Counted from the stretch's first letter, positions 9,485-18,998 are shown. The stretch is 56,732 nucleotides of DNA from a virus (IMGVR_UViG_3300037262_000027:1-56732); one strand, 5' to 3'. The notes: a model not told the origin generated them from the sequence alone. Program-made: numbers and translations.

Positions 9485-11140
9485 ATGAGCGCTCTAGCAG
9501 AGCTCGTGGAGAACGCCGACGCTGCCCAGAAACGGCGTGACGAGTTGGTCACGCGCCGCGACACGGCAGAGGCGGAGTTCCGCACCATCGTCGACGGCCT
9601 CCGCCAGGAGTCCGGCGAGGACCGCGACCCAGACACAAAAGAGGCAGCTCGCTGCGAGGAGCTGCGCTCGGAGATCGACGAGGCCGACGAAGCCCTCGCC
9701 GAGGTCCGCAAGGAACGCAAGGCGATCCGCCGTCGCATCAAGGAGGAGAAGGAGAACGCCGACGACGCGAGCCTGATCGCAGAGGCCCGTGAGCGGATTG
9801 CATCGGTGGACTCGATCGCCGACGTGACAGTGACGCAGGGCGAGCGGCCGATCTACGGGGTAGCGCCCGACGGTCTGCGCTCGCCGAACTCCTTCTACAT
9901 GGATCTCGTGCTCCGCACGAAAGCGCGGTTCACGGGCGAGAACGACCACGGGGCGAACAAGCGCCTGAACGAATGGGCGCATCAGGTCGAGAAGGAGCAC
10001 GCCCACGGCACGCCGTTCGGCAAAGCCGCGCTCCCGCAGATCCGCGAAACGTATCGAGGCGAGGACCCGATCGGCACGAAGGAGCGGATGAAGGAATTCG
10101 AGGAGCGCGGACGGCTCGGGATCGAGGACAAGTCATCGCTCGAGGCGCGTGCGACCGCGATCGGCACCGACGGTGGTGCCTCGGCCACGGCCCCCGGTGA
10201 AGGCTCGGCGTTCGTTACGCCGGTCTTCGACGTCGGCAAGTACGCTCCGTGGCGCGAATACGGGCGGGCGTTCGCTGACGCTTGCGCGAAAGAACAGCTC
10301 CCGCCGTACGGGATGTATGTCTACATCCCGCACGTCACCGGAGGCGCAGAAGTCACGGGCGTCACCGAGTCCTCCGGCTCGACGACGATCGCCGACCTGG
10401 CACCGACGGCGGGCTACCTCTCGGGAGCGTTGAAAACGTTCGCCGGGCAGGTCGTCGTTTCGCAGCAGCTGCTCGATCGGGCTGGCCCGAACTTCGCGTT
10501 CGACCGGCTCATCTTCGACCAGATGATGCGCAACTACGCGCTCAACTTCGACACCTACGTGCTCGAAGTGGCGCTGACCGAAGCGAAAGTGAACAACTGG
10601 AAAGGCAACGCTGGCACGTTCGTGTTCCTCGAAAAGGAAAAGGCCGGCGGCTTCTACGGGCAGGTTGCCAAAGCGAAGGCCGACGTCCGCACGACTGCGG
10701 GCACGGTCCTGAACCCGACGCACCTGTTCGTTCGTCCGACGCGGTGGGAGTACCTGGCGGCATTCGCCGGCTCGGAATTCCGCCCGCTGATCGCGCCGAA
10801 CTACGCGGGTCCGTTCAACTCGGCCGCGAGTGGCTCGGCCGACGGTGACGAGGGCATCGAGGGAGCGACGGGTTACAAACTCGCCGGTCTGCCGGTGTTC
10901 ACCGACCAGAACATCCCCGACCAGGGAACCACGACCAACGACCAGGCGCTCGTCGGATGTCTGGACGAGACGTGGGTGTTCGAGGGGGCAATCACGCCTC
11001 GGACGATTCCACAGACCAAAGCCAACACGCTCCAGGTAATTCTACAACAGTATAGTTATGCGACCGTCATCAAGAGGTACGCAGAAAGCGTCGTAGCGAT
11101 CAATGGCGAAGGAATGAAAGCGGTTTCCTACACCAACTAG
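9485..11140 (+). CDS. Major capsid protein 1 (HK97 fold, coiled-coil delta/scaffold N-terminus)
   Basis: Follows protease; ~120-aa charged coil; TFAGQVVVSQQLLDR, LAGLPVFTDQNIP. Confidence 0.9.
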   Translation: MSALAELVENADAAQKRRDELVTRRDTAEAEFRTIVDGLRQESGEDRDPDTKEAARCEELRSEIDEADEALAEVRKERKAIRRRIKEEKENADDASLIAEARERIASVDSIADVTVTQGERPIYGVAPDGLRSPNSFYMDLVLRTKARFTGENDHGANKRLNEWAHQVEKEHAHGTPFGKAALPQIRETYRGEDPIGTKERMKEFEERGRLGIEDKSSLEARATAIGTDGGASATAPGEGSAFVTPVFDVGKYAPWREYGRAFADACAKEQLPPYGMYVYIPHVTGGAEVTGVTESSGSTTIADLAPTAGYLSGALKTFAGQVVVSQQLLDRAGPNFAFDRLIFDQMMRNYALNFDTYVLEVALTEAKVNNWKGNAGTFVFLEKEKAGGFYGQVAKAKADVRTTAGTVLNPTHLFVRPTRWEYLAAFAGSEFRPLIAPNYAGPFNSAASGSADGDEGIEGATGYKLAGLPVFTDQNIPDQGTTTNDQALVGCLDETWVFEGAITPRTIPQTKANTLQVILQQYSYATVIKRYAESVVAINGEGMKAVSYTN

Positions 11141-11148
11141 GCGACCTC

Positions 11149-11174
11149 GGCGGGCGGTCTTCGGGCCGTCCGCC
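11149..11174 (+). terminator. Stable hairpin with C(UUCG)G loop after capsid gene (terminator or processing stem)
   Basis: GGCGGGCGGTC-TTCG-GGCCGTCCGCC; no U-tract. Confidence 0.6.
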
Positions 11175-11179
11175 ACCGT

Positions 11180-11251
11180 TGCGGCGTAGTGGAAGGGTCA
11201 CCATCCGGGCCTCATAAGCCTGGGGACTGGGTTCGAGTCCCAGCGCCGCCA
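11180..11251 (+). tRNA. tRNA with CAT anticodon (Met, fMet or Ile2)
   Basis: Acceptor GCGGCG/CGCCGC with 1:72 mismatch, D arm GTGG/CCAT, anticodon arm CGGGC-CTCATAA-GCCTG, T arm CTGGG-TTCGAGT-CCCAG. Confidence 0.85.
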
Positions 11252-11304
11252 TAACGCTGACGACGCGCGGTCAAGCGTCGGATCGACTCCGAACGGAGGA
11301 CCAG

Positions 11305-12618
11305 ATGACGGACGTGGTGTTCACGCCTGAGCAGCAGGCCGAGGTGAACCGGATCATCGGCGAGCGCTTGGCGCGCGACCGGCAGGTGCGCGTGACCCAT
11401 GAGCCGAGGGTCTACGGCCTGCACTCCCAGAACTCCTACTACTCAGACGTGGTGCTCGCCGCTCAGCCGGACAACCCCGGCACCGGGTCCGCGCAGAAGC
11501 GACTCGGAAAGTACGAACGCGAGCTCGGCGTCGAGATGGACCGGGGCTCGGCGGAGGGCCGGCGGGCCGAACGGATCATCCGCGCCAGACTGCGCACCGC
11601 CGATGAGCTGGAACACGAGACGCGCGCGACTCAAGTGCTCAACGAGATCAGGGGCTTTGGCACCGACGGAGGCATCTCCGCCTCATCGCCGGGTGAAGCC
11701 GCGCCGTTCGTCTCCCCGTTTTTCCTCATGGACCAGTGGGCGCCCTTCCGAGGCTCGGCGCGGTCATTCACCGACCAGTGCATCCTGTTGCCGCTCCCGG
11801 CCTACGGCATGAAAATCTACGTGCCCTACTTCTCGGGCACCGACAAAACGGGCGAACAGACCGAGGGCGGCTCAGTGGCGGAAACCGAGCCCACGACCGA
11901 ACTCGAAGCCTCGCCGACGGTGGCCACGATCACCGGGCAGGTCACCGGCTCCCAGCAGCTCCACGACCGCGGCGGCACAGGCGGAGGCAGCACCGACGTC
12001 ATCATCGGCAAGCAGCTCCAGGAGCAGCTCGACGCCTCGATCGACCTGTATGTTCTGAACCAGGCGATCACCCAGGGCTCGGCGATCTCCGGCGAAGCGA
12101 CCTTCTCCATCGAAGGGCTCTACAAGGATCTGACGAAAGCCCGCGAGAAAATCACCGACACGGCCGGGACGCGCCTGCGCCCGACGCACCTGTTCACGAC
12201 CTCGGACATCTACAACTTCGCGACCGAGCAGCTCGATGAAGACAAGCGGCCGATCGTGGTCCCGCAGTTCGTCCCGGGCTTCCCCCTGGCCGCCAACGCC
12301 GACGACCACGACGAAAGCAATCGGCTCCCCAAGTGGGCAAGGTTCACCGGGACCGTCCTGCCCGCCGGCCTGCTCTGGTTCACCGACGACAACATCCCGC
12401 TCGAAGGAACCACCACGCACACCCGCCTGCTCGTCTCGACGCCCGGCGACGCGATCATCGTGATGGAGGATGAGCCGGTCCTGACGGTGTTCCTGGAAAC
12501 GAAAGCCGACACCCTGCGGACGATCCTCAACCTGCGGACGTATGCTGCGGCGGTGACGCGACACTCCGCCGGCACGTCGGTCATCGCCGGAGCCGGATAC
12601 ACCACCACTCAGAAATGA
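11305..12618 (+). CDS. Second capsid-protein paralogue (HK97 fold)
   Basis: Collinear with 9485..11140 (GTDGG.SA..PGE...FV.P.F; LP.YGM..Y.P; TAGT.L.PTHLF; FTD.NIP); GGAGG RBS. Confidence 0.85.
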   Translation: MTDVVFTPEQQAEVNRIIGERLARDRQVRVTHEPRVYGLHSQNSYYSDVVLAAQPDNPGTGSAQKRLGKYERELGVEMDRGSAEGRRAERIIRARLRTADELEHETRATQVLNEIRGFGTDGGISASSPGEAAPFVSPFFLMDQWAPFRGSARSFTDQCILLPLPAYGMKIYVPYFSGTDKTGEQTEGGSVAETEPTTELEASPTVATITGQVTGSQQLHDRGGTGGGSTDVIIGKQLQEQLDASIDLYVLNQAITQGSAISGEATFSIEGLYKDLTKAREKITDTAGTRLRPTHLFTTSDIYNFATEQLDEDKRPIVVPQFVPGFPLAANADDHDESNRLPKWARFTGTVLPAGLLWFTDDNIPLEGTTTHTRLLVSTPGDAIIVMEDEPVLTVFLETKADTLRTILNLRTYAAAVTRHSAGTSVIAGAGYTTTQK

Positions 12619-12863
12619 CCCCGCAGCCCCTACCGCCCGAGCAGATCAGGACCCCGAGAGGCATCGGGATCAATGAGGGAGAGGGCGGGGCGCGGGCGAG
12701 AAGGTGGACTCCGGACGCGACGGGGCTCTACTGCTTGCGCTGTCGGCAGGTCACGTCGGCTCACGTGGGGGTGCGCTGCCCACCCGCGAAGATGCTCCGC
12801 CGGTTTGTGAATCGTGGAGGTCAACTCGTGGAGGTCAGCTCGATAGTGCGGGAGACACGGTGA
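12615..12863 (+). CDS. Small CxxC-containing hypothetical protein
   Basis: ATGA overlap; CLRC...H...C. Confidence 0.45.
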   Translation: MTPQPLPPEQIRTPRGIGINEGEGGARARRWTPDATGLYCLRCRQVTSAHVGVRCPPAKMLRRFVNRGGQLVEVSSIVRETR

Positions 12864-13027
12864 ACGCGATGCTGCCCGTCGGCGAGACGCCCATCCTTGC
12901 CCAGCCCGATGTCTGCTCCGGCTGCCATGAGCGGCTCACGTTTGAGGAGGAGAAGGTCTGCGTTCGCTGGCCGACGGTCGATGTGCCGATGCGGGTCTAC
13001 CACCCGGCCTGCGCTCCGCCCGAGTGA
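12860..13027 (+). CDS. Small zinc-finger-like protein
   Basis: CSGC...HPAC; GTGA coupling on both sides. Confidence 0.5.
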   Translation: MNAMLPVGETPILAQPDVCSGCHERLTFEEEKVCVRWPTVDVPMRVYHPACAPPE

Positions 13028-13506
13028 CGATCATCCTCGCTTCGCACCTGCCGGGCGCCGGGCACTTCGAGTCCGAGCGCTTCATGGTCGATCCGATCGA
13101 GTGCTCAGAGCCCGAGGACTACTGGCGCGGCGTCGCCGAGTGGTGGGACAGCTACGACGTGCTCATCAACGTCGAGCACGACATGCAGGTCTCAGACGAC
13201 CTGATCGGAGCCCTGCTCGACTGCCCCGAGCCGTTATGCACATACGCATATTGGCTCGGCCCCTCCTCCGGCGGCCCCCACTGGGCTCATCGCACCGGCA
13301 GACAGCCCCCGTGTGGAGGAGTCTGGATCGAGGAGGGCGATGAGTGGGCTGACTTCGGGGGAATCGGGTTCTGCAAGATTGCCCCGGAGGTCAGGGTCCG
13401 GGCGTTGCCTGAGCAGACGTGGCAGTTCGTGGACATCGCGGTGTTCGCCTCCGTGCAGCGGCAGGTTCACGTCCACTGGCCCGCCGTGCGCCATGATCAC
13501 GTCTAG
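13024..13506 (+). CDS. Minimal GT-A glycosyltransferase-like protein
   Basis: LINVEHD (DxD-like), GIGFCKI, WQFVD, VHVH; paralogue of 14123 and 22732. Confidence 0.6.
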   Translation: MTIILASHLPGAGHFESERFMVDPIECSEPEDYWRGVAEWWDSYDVLINVEHDMQVSDDLIGALLDCPEPLCTYAYWLGPSSGGPHWAHRTGRQPPCGGVWIEEGDEWADFGGIGFCKIAPEVRVRALPEQTWQFVDIAVFASVQRQVHVHWPAVRHDHV

Positions 13507-14126
13507 TGGAGCTGGCGCACTTCTACCACTGCTTCACCGGAGGCTCCTGGACCGAGCCCGTCCTAGAGCACGTAGACGCACTGGTCGAGGCTGACTTCCG
13601 CTCCCCCGTCTATCTCGGGCTCGTGGGAGCCGAGCTGTGGCGCGGGGCAGCGTCGGATGTCTTTGAGCCGCTGCTGGACGTGCGCGTGGCCGTCGAGGCC
13701 GACTCGGGCTTCGAGCAGGTCACGCTCGCGGCCGTCCGCCGGTATGCGATGGAGCACGACGGCGCGGTGTGTTACGCCCACACCAAGGGCGCCGCAGACG
13801 TGAGCGACTTCCGGGCGAAATGGCGGCGGTCGATGACTCGGCTGCTGATCTCGGACTGGCGAGGGAACCTCGCCCACCTTGAGGAGTTCGACGCCGTCGG
13901 CTCCCACTGGCTCACGCCGGAGCACTTCCCCGGATTCGAGTCCGAGTTCGGGGAGGGCATCCCGTTCTTCGGCGGCAACTTCTGGATGGCCCGGTGTGAC
14001 TACCTGCGGGGGCTGCCGGAGCCCTCGGAGCGGTCGCGGTTCGATGCGGAGCGGTGGATTGGGTTGGGGAACCCGCGCGTGCATGACCTGAACCCCGGCT
14101 GGCCAGCGGCTAACTTGTTCGTGTGA
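13506..14126 (+). CDS. Putative glycosyltransferase-like protein
   Basis: HFYH, FEQVTL, YAHTKG, FFGGNFWMA, RFDAERWIG; located in sugar-enzyme cluster. Confidence 0.6.
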   Translation: MELAHFYHCFTGGSWTEPVLEHVDALVEADFRSPVYLGLVGAELWRGAASDVFEPLLDVRVAVEADSGFEQVTLAAVRRYAMEHDGAVCYAHTKGAADVSDFRAKWRRSMTRLLISDWRGNLAHLEEFDAVGSHWLTPEHFPGFESEFGEGIPFFGGNFWMARCDYLRGLPEPSERSRFDAERWIGLGNPRVHDLNPGWPAANLFV

Positions 14127-14650
14127 GGGGCCATGAGACGCCGGTTGCGCTCCCCTACGTCCCTCCCCTACGCCCCGAAGTAGCAGACGCCCTCGCAGGC
14201 TGGGACGTGGCGTTCGTGGACGTCTCCGGCTCGGATACGGCTTACTGGGAGCTGCTGTCGCAGCTCTGGCGGAAGGGTGTCGGCTTCATCGTCGTGGAGC
14301 AGGATGTGGTCGTCCGCCCCGACTCGCTCAGCGAGCTTGAGGAGTGCCACCGCCCGTGGTGCTCCTTCCAGGTCCCCTACGTGGGCAGAGTCTATGCGGG
14401 GCTCTCGTGCGCGAAGTTCTCGGCCGCGCTGATCGGCAGATACCCGATGGCTCTGGATCGGATCGGCAAGCGAAGCGACGCCGACCATCCCCCGGCCCAC
14501 TGGTGCCGACTTGATAGCTGGCTACAGTCCCTCTTGAACCACGGAGGCGAGGAAATGCACGTACACGGACCACCGCTTGAGCATCTGAGGGACGGGTCAG
14601 AGCCGGAGAGTCCGTGGCAGGTCGGGCCGGCGCATGGGTGCTGGCACTGA
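14123..14650 (+). CDS. Minimal GT-A glycosyltransferase-like protein
   Basis: FIVVEQD, GLSCAKFS, WCRLD, MHVH. Confidence 0.6.
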   Translation: MRGHETPVALPYVPPLRPEVADALAGWDVAFVDVSGSDTAYWELLSQLWRKGVGFIVVEQDVVVRPDSLSELEECHRPWCSFQVPYVGRVYAGLSCAKFSAALIGRYPMALDRIGKRSDADHPPAHWCRLDSWLQSLLNHGGEEMHVHGPPLEHLRDGSEPESPWQVGPAHGCWH

Positions 14651-14835
14651 TGTTCGGACGCGACCCCAAGGCCCGCCACCAGGAGCAGATCCTCCGGGAC
14701 TTCCAACAGGCCACCCAAGCCCGGGAGCGGGCACGCGACCTCCTCTCAGAATCAGAAGCGATAGCGGCGAGGGCTGAGGCTCAGTATCAGTCGGCCAAGC
14801 TGGCGCTCCGGCGGGTGTCGGAGGGGTCGGTGTGA
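14650..14835 (+). CDS. Small coiled-coil hypothetical protein
   Basis: TGATG coupling; helical charged sequence. Confidence 0.5.
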   Translation: MFGRDPKARHQEQILRDFQQATQARERARDLLSESEAIAARAEAQYQSAKLALRRVSEGSV

Positions 14836-14838
14836 GGG

Positions 14839-15153
14839 ATGGGCGACGACGAGATCATCCACTTCGCCGGGCAGACGATGACCTTCGGCGCGGTGCGCCG
14901 ACAGCGATGCCTCTGGTGTGGCGCGCTGATCCAGGAGCATGATCTCGACCGCATAGCTATCAGCGACTCGGGCCGCCCGCCGGAGCGTCAGGGCAAGCCG
15001 TTGGAGCCCGACGAGATCGGGTCCTGGACCGGCCTTGTCGGCGTGAGCGGCACGAACCCGCGCATGTACCGCGCCGTCGACGACCCCGAGGACGGCAAGG
15101 CACCCGACCGCTCCTGCATGATGCTGATGCCCGAAGAGATCGGCGTGACGTGA
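14839..15153 (+). CDS. Hypothetical protein with CxWC motif
   Basis: RQRCLWCGA; 104 aa in operon. Confidence 0.6.
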   Translation: MGDDEIIHFAGQTMTFGAVRRQRCLWCGALIQEHDLDRIAISDSGRPPERQGKPLEPDEIGSWTGLVGVSGTNPRMYRAVDDPEDGKAPDRSCMMLMPEEIGVT

Positions 15154-16058
15154 GAGTCCTCATCACCGGAAACCGAGGCTTCATAGGAGAACACCTCGCC
15201 CGCGAGCTCCTAGACCACGGCTACGAGGTAGAGGGCCACGACAAGGCAGACGGAGACCTCACCGAGCCCGGAGTCTTCGCCGCACACCTCGACGCCTCAG
15301 AACCCGACCTCGTGATCCACCTCGCAGCGCAGGTGGGCCGCCTGTTCGGCGAGCAGGACTTGGAGCACACGATCCGCTCCAACGTCACGATGACCGCCCT
15401 CGTGGCGCTCGCCTGCGGAGGCCGGGGAGTCCCGCTGCTGTACGCCTCATCCTCCGAGGTCTACGGCGACCAGGGCGACGCCGTATGCTTCGAGGATGGA
15501 CCACTGAGCCCTCCGCACAACGCATACGGGCTCTCGAAGCTCCACGGCGAGCAGTTCTGCCAGCTCTACGCGCCCGAGGACCTGCGGATCGTTCGGCTGT
15601 CGATGCCGTACGGGCCCGGCGCCCCTCCCGGAGTCGGCCGGCGCGCGCTCGACACGTTCCTGTGGCAGGCGATCCACGGCAAGCCGATCACGGTGCATGC
15701 GGGAGCCGAGCGCTCATGGTGTTGGATCGGCGATTGTGTTTCGGGGATAAGGGCGGTCCTAGACGGACCGCCGGGCGTCTACAACGTCGGGCGGGATGAC
15801 TGCCCCGTGTCGATGCAGGCCCTCGCCGAGAAATGCTGCGAGCTGGCCGACGCGCCCATTTCCCTGATCGACGTCGTCCCCGCACCGGAGCGCCAGACCA
15901 TCGTCAAGCGCCTCTCCACCACAAAGCTCCAGCTCCTCGGGTGGGAACCGACGGTCGAGCTTGAGGAGGGGCTGCCGCAGGTGTTGGAGTGGGTCCGGCG
16001 GTTCGACGCGGAGGGCCGAATGGTCGAGCACGTCGGGAGTTACGGCGGCTCGGAGTGA
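15150..16058 (+). CDS. NAD-dependent nucleotide-sugar epimerase/dehydratase
   Basis: ITGNRGFIG, HLAA, YASSSEVYG, YGLSK catalytic YxxxK. Confidence 0.92.
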   Translation: MRVLITGNRGFIGEHLARELLDHGYEVEGHDKADGDLTEPGVFAAHLDASEPDLVIHLAAQVGRLFGEQDLEHTIRSNVTMTALVALACGGRGVPLLYASSSEVYGDQGDAVCFEDGPLSPPHNAYGLSKLHGEQFCQLYAPEDLRIVRLSMPYGPGAPPGVGRRALDTFLWQAIHGKPITVHAGAERSWCWIGDCVSGIRAVLDGPPGVYNVGRDDCPVSMQALAEKCCELADAPISLIDVVPAPERQTIVKRLSTTKLQLLGWEPTVELEEGLPQVLEWVRRFDAEGRMVEHVGSYGGSE

Positions 16059-16279
16059 AGGTCAAGATTGTCAGCGACGGAACACCGCATGGCACCCGGA
16101 TCACGGACGAGACCGGCAACCCAATTGAATATGTGGACAGCATCGACTGGGAAATGAGGATGGACCGCTTGGCTACGGCCACCGTGCGATTCGTCGCGAT
16201 CCCCGTCGAGGTCGAGGCAGAGCTGCGCGGCTACCGCGAGACGATCGACCGCTACGTTGAGCCGGACCCCGAGCCGTGA
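16055..16279 (+). CDS. Hypothetical protein
   Basis: GTGA coupling; 74 aa beta-rich. Confidence 0.6.
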   Translation: MKVKIVSDGTPHGTRITDETGNPIEYVDSIDWEMRMDRLATATVRFVAIPVEVEAELRGYRETIDRYVEPDPEP

Positions 16280-16824
16280 AGGTCATCTGCATCGGCGACT
16301 CCTGCACCTACGGCCAAGGCGTCCGCTCCTCCGAGGCATGGCCCGCGGTCCTCGAACGCCTCACCGGCCACGACGTAAGGAACGCCGGGGTGTGCGGAGA
16401 CACGACGCGGTTGGGGTTGGAGCGGTTCTTCCGCGACGTGGCGATGCACCGGCCGGATGCGGTGGTGCTGCAATTCGGGCACAACGACGCGAACCGCTGG
16501 GGTACGGACTTCGGCGTTGAGCGAGTGGGCCTCGACTCATTCACGACCAACGTCGGCGAGCTGATCGACCGCTGCCATGCGATCCAGGCGCAAGTCATCG
16601 TGCTGCGTCCACACGAACCCACGAGGTCGTACGGGAGGGAGACAGACCCCGGCTACGAGGAGCGCGTCATGCTCTACGCCATCGCCCTCAAGCAAACCGT
16701 GGGTGACCACCTCTCCCACTGCGCCCCGGTCGACTCCCTCCTCGATGACGGCTACGGCGTCCACCCGGACCCGGCGATGCACCAGCGGTATGCGGGGCTG
16801 GTGGCGCGGGTGCTCGGGGAATGA
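16276..16824 (+). CDS. SGNH/GDSL hydrolase (esterase)
   Basis: IGDSCT, NAGVCG, QFGHND, DGYGVHP blocks. Confidence 0.9.
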   Translation: MKVICIGDSCTYGQGVRSSEAWPAVLERLTGHDVRNAGVCGDTTRLGLERFFRDVAMHRPDAVVLQFGHNDANRWGTDFGVERVGLDSFTTNVGELIDRCHAIQAQVIVLRPHEPTRSYGRETDPGYEERVMLYAIALKQTVGDHLSHCAPVDSLLDDGYGVHPDPAMHQRYAGLVARVLGE

Positions 16825-17089
16825 TCGTCATACCTGCTGATCGCGAACACCTGATCCGGTCGGGCCGCTGGCCCCAGCGCATCGTCTGCGCTCTCATTGC
16901 GCACCGCCTTCGCATTGGCCCTAGGCCCCGTCTGCGCCTCTACTGTGAGCGCTGCGGCGCGGAGTGGCGGTCGTGACCCGCCTACTCCGCCTCACCGGCC
17001 TCCCCTGCCTCATTGGCTTCCACGAGGACCGGCGCTGGATCGGCTCCTATGTGCGCTGTGTGCGCTGTCAGCGGGTGGAGCGGCGGTGA
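16821..17089 (+). CDS. Two tiny coupled ORFs (16821..16976 and 16973..17089) with C-x4-H...CxxC zinc-ribbon pattern
   Basis: CALIAH...CERC and CLIGFH...CVRC; start/stop overlaps fill the gap exactly; absent from ORF track. Confidence 0.5.
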
Positions 17090-17565
17090 GGACCAACGGC
17101 GTCAGGTTCGCCCATCCGGCTCGAATCAGCGAGACGGCGATCCTAGAGGGCGACATCGAGCTTGGCCCCAACGCCTCCGTCGGCTGGTACTCGATCATCC
17201 GCGGTAAGGTCCGAGCGGGCCGGAACCTCCGCCTCGGCGCGCACTCCTCGATCGAGGGCGAGGTCACCCTCGGCGACGACGTGACCATCCGCGGCAAGTG
17301 CGAGATCCCGAACGCCATCCTCGGCGACCGGGTCTCGATCTACGCCGGGGTGATCTTCTACGACACCCCCCACCCGCCGGACGGCCCGAACCTCCCCCCC
17401 GTGATCGAGGACGACGTGGTGATCTGCTGCAACGCCGCAGTGCTCGGAGGCTGTACGGTCGGGAAGGGCTCGCTAATCGGGGCCCGCGTGTTCGTCACCG
17501 AGGATGTGCCGCCGGGGTCGCTCGTGACCGCCGTCAGCGCCTACAAGGTGAGGCCCCGCCGATGA
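17086..17565 (+). CDS. Hexapeptide-repeat (left-handed beta-helix) sugar acyltransferase
   Basis: HP.A.I start, IEDDVVIC.NA.VLGG.TVGKGSLIGA..FVTEDVP. Confidence 0.88.
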   Translation: MRTNGVRFAHPARISETAILEGDIELGPNASVGWYSIIRGKVRAGRNLRLGAHSSIEGEVTLGDDVTIRGKCEIPNAILGDRVSIYAGVIFYDTPHPPDGPNLPPVIEDDVVICCNAAVLGGCTVGKGSLIGARVFVTEDVPPGSLVTAVSAYKVRPRR

Positions 17566-18140
17566 AGCTCTCGATCGTGCTACCCACGATCCCCGGCCGC
17601 GAGGCAGAGGTTGCGCGGACCATCGAGATATACGAGTACCGGACCCACGTCCCGATCGAGTGGATCATCGAGCGGGGCCACGACAACTGCGGCGCCGCCT
17701 GGAACGCCGGAGCCCCCAAGGCCACCGGCGAGGTCCTGCACATGGGCGCCGACGACATCGAGCCCGAGACAGACCAATGGCTCCCCGCCGCGCTGTGGGC
17801 CTTCCACAACGGCCACGTCCCCCTGGGCTACGTCCGCGAGGATGAGATCGGGACCTTCGGCCGGGACTTCGCCCGCGTCGTGATCTGCCGGCGCGAGTGG
17901 TGGGAGCCGGTGATCGAGCAGCAGTACTGGTCGGACAACCACTTCGATGACCTGATGCGCGCGGCCGGGCACACGCCCGAGATCGCCGAGGGCTTCGACT
18001 TCTACCACCGCAAGAGCATGGTCGGGCGAGACGAGTCACGGATGGAGCGCGAACGGGAGGCGTACCGGGCGCTCCGGGAGGTAGCATCCGAGCATGGGTC
18101 TGAAGCCGGGAACAGTGCCAGCGGTGGCACCGGCACCTAA
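17562..18140 (+). CDS. Glycosyltransferase family 2
   Basis: LSIVLPTIPGR, AWNAG, GADD, YWSD. Confidence 0.8.
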   Translation: MKLSIVLPTIPGREAEVARTIEIYEYRTHVPIEWIIERGHDNCGAAWNAGAPKATGEVLHMGADDIEPETDQWLPAALWAFHNGHVPLGYVREDEIGTFGRDFARVVICRREWWEPVIEQQYWSDNHFDDLMRAAGHTPEIAEGFDFYHRKSMVGRDESRMEREREAYRALREVASEHGSEAGNSASGGTGT

Positions 18141-18207
18141 GCGGGAGCCGATCGTGATGCCGGAGCCCGCTGAGCCGATCAAGAAGCCCGAGCCGGTCCC
18201 GGCGTGA
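18094..18207 (+). CDS. 37-aa Pro/Glu/Lys-rich peptide
   Basis: GGGAGGT upstream; MGLKPGTVPAVAPAPKREPIVMPEPAEPIKKPEPVPA; stop overlaps GTG 18204. Confidence 0.55.
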   Translation: MGLKPGTVPAVAPAPKREPIVMPEPAEPIKKPEPVPA

Positions 18208-18998
18208 CCGCGCAGCTTCAAGCCCCGGCGATCGGGTATCGCGGGTTTCACTGGGACGGCAGCGGGCCGCTGAAGTCGACTGGCGTCGAATCGTGCTGGC
18301 CGATCATGCGCGACCCCCAGCACGCGCGCTGCATCGCCACGACCGACGCCCGGCACCCGGCTCCGCAGGAGGACTGCACCTGCGGACTCCACGCCTACTC
18401 GACGCCGGAGGCCGTCACGGGGCAGGTTGGAGCCGTCGTGCTCGGCTACGACAGCCTGATCGTGCACCCCGACGGCTGGCGGGCAGCGACGGTGGGGATC
18501 GCGGCGCTGGTGTGCATCCCACCCGACCGCGACACCGTGAGGCTCGTCTTCCGGCTCAATGGGCCAACCGAGGCCCACTCGCTTGAGGCCCCGAGCCGCG
18601 ACGCCCTCTCGATGCTGGCCGACGCCTACGGCGTCCCGCTGGTAGACGACTGGGAGCACGGCACCGCGCTCGCCCAGGAGCAGGGCGCGCAGCCGGTCCC
18701 CGAAATCCTGCACGCGGAAGCGGAGGCGTGGGCCAAGCCGACCTTCCTAGAGGCGGGCATCACGATGGCGTTCACCGCCAGCACCGCGAACCTTGCCGCG
18801 GCGATGCAACGGATGTCCGAGGCGATCAGCGCGGCCAGCGTCAGCATCAACGACATGCGCGCCTTCAGCTTCGCGTGGCCGGAACCCGCCAAGCCCGCGC
18901 CCAAGCGCAGAGAACGCCGCTTCGACACGCCCCGCCAGCGCCATGCGGCCTTCAACGCCGAGCTGGCCCGCCGCAGTCGCCCGCGCGCCCTCCGGTGA
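18204..18998 (+). CDS. Hypothetical enzyme-like protein, HxAP-x3-CxCG family, copy 1
   Basis: GYR.F.W, HPAPQEDCTCGLHA, HPDGWRA. Confidence 0.75.
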   Translation: MTAQLQAPAIGYRGFHWDGSGPLKSTGVESCWPIMRDPQHARCIATTDARHPAPQEDCTCGLHAYSTPEAVTGQVGAVVLGYDSLIVHPDGWRAATVGIAALVCIPPDRDTVRLVFRLNGPTEAHSLEAPSRDALSMLADAYGVPLVDDWEHGTALAQEQGAQPVPEILHAEAEAWAKPTFLEAGITMAFTASTANLAAAMQRMSEAISAASVSINDMRAFSFAWPEPAKPAPKRRERRFDTPRQRHAAFNAELARRSRPRALR

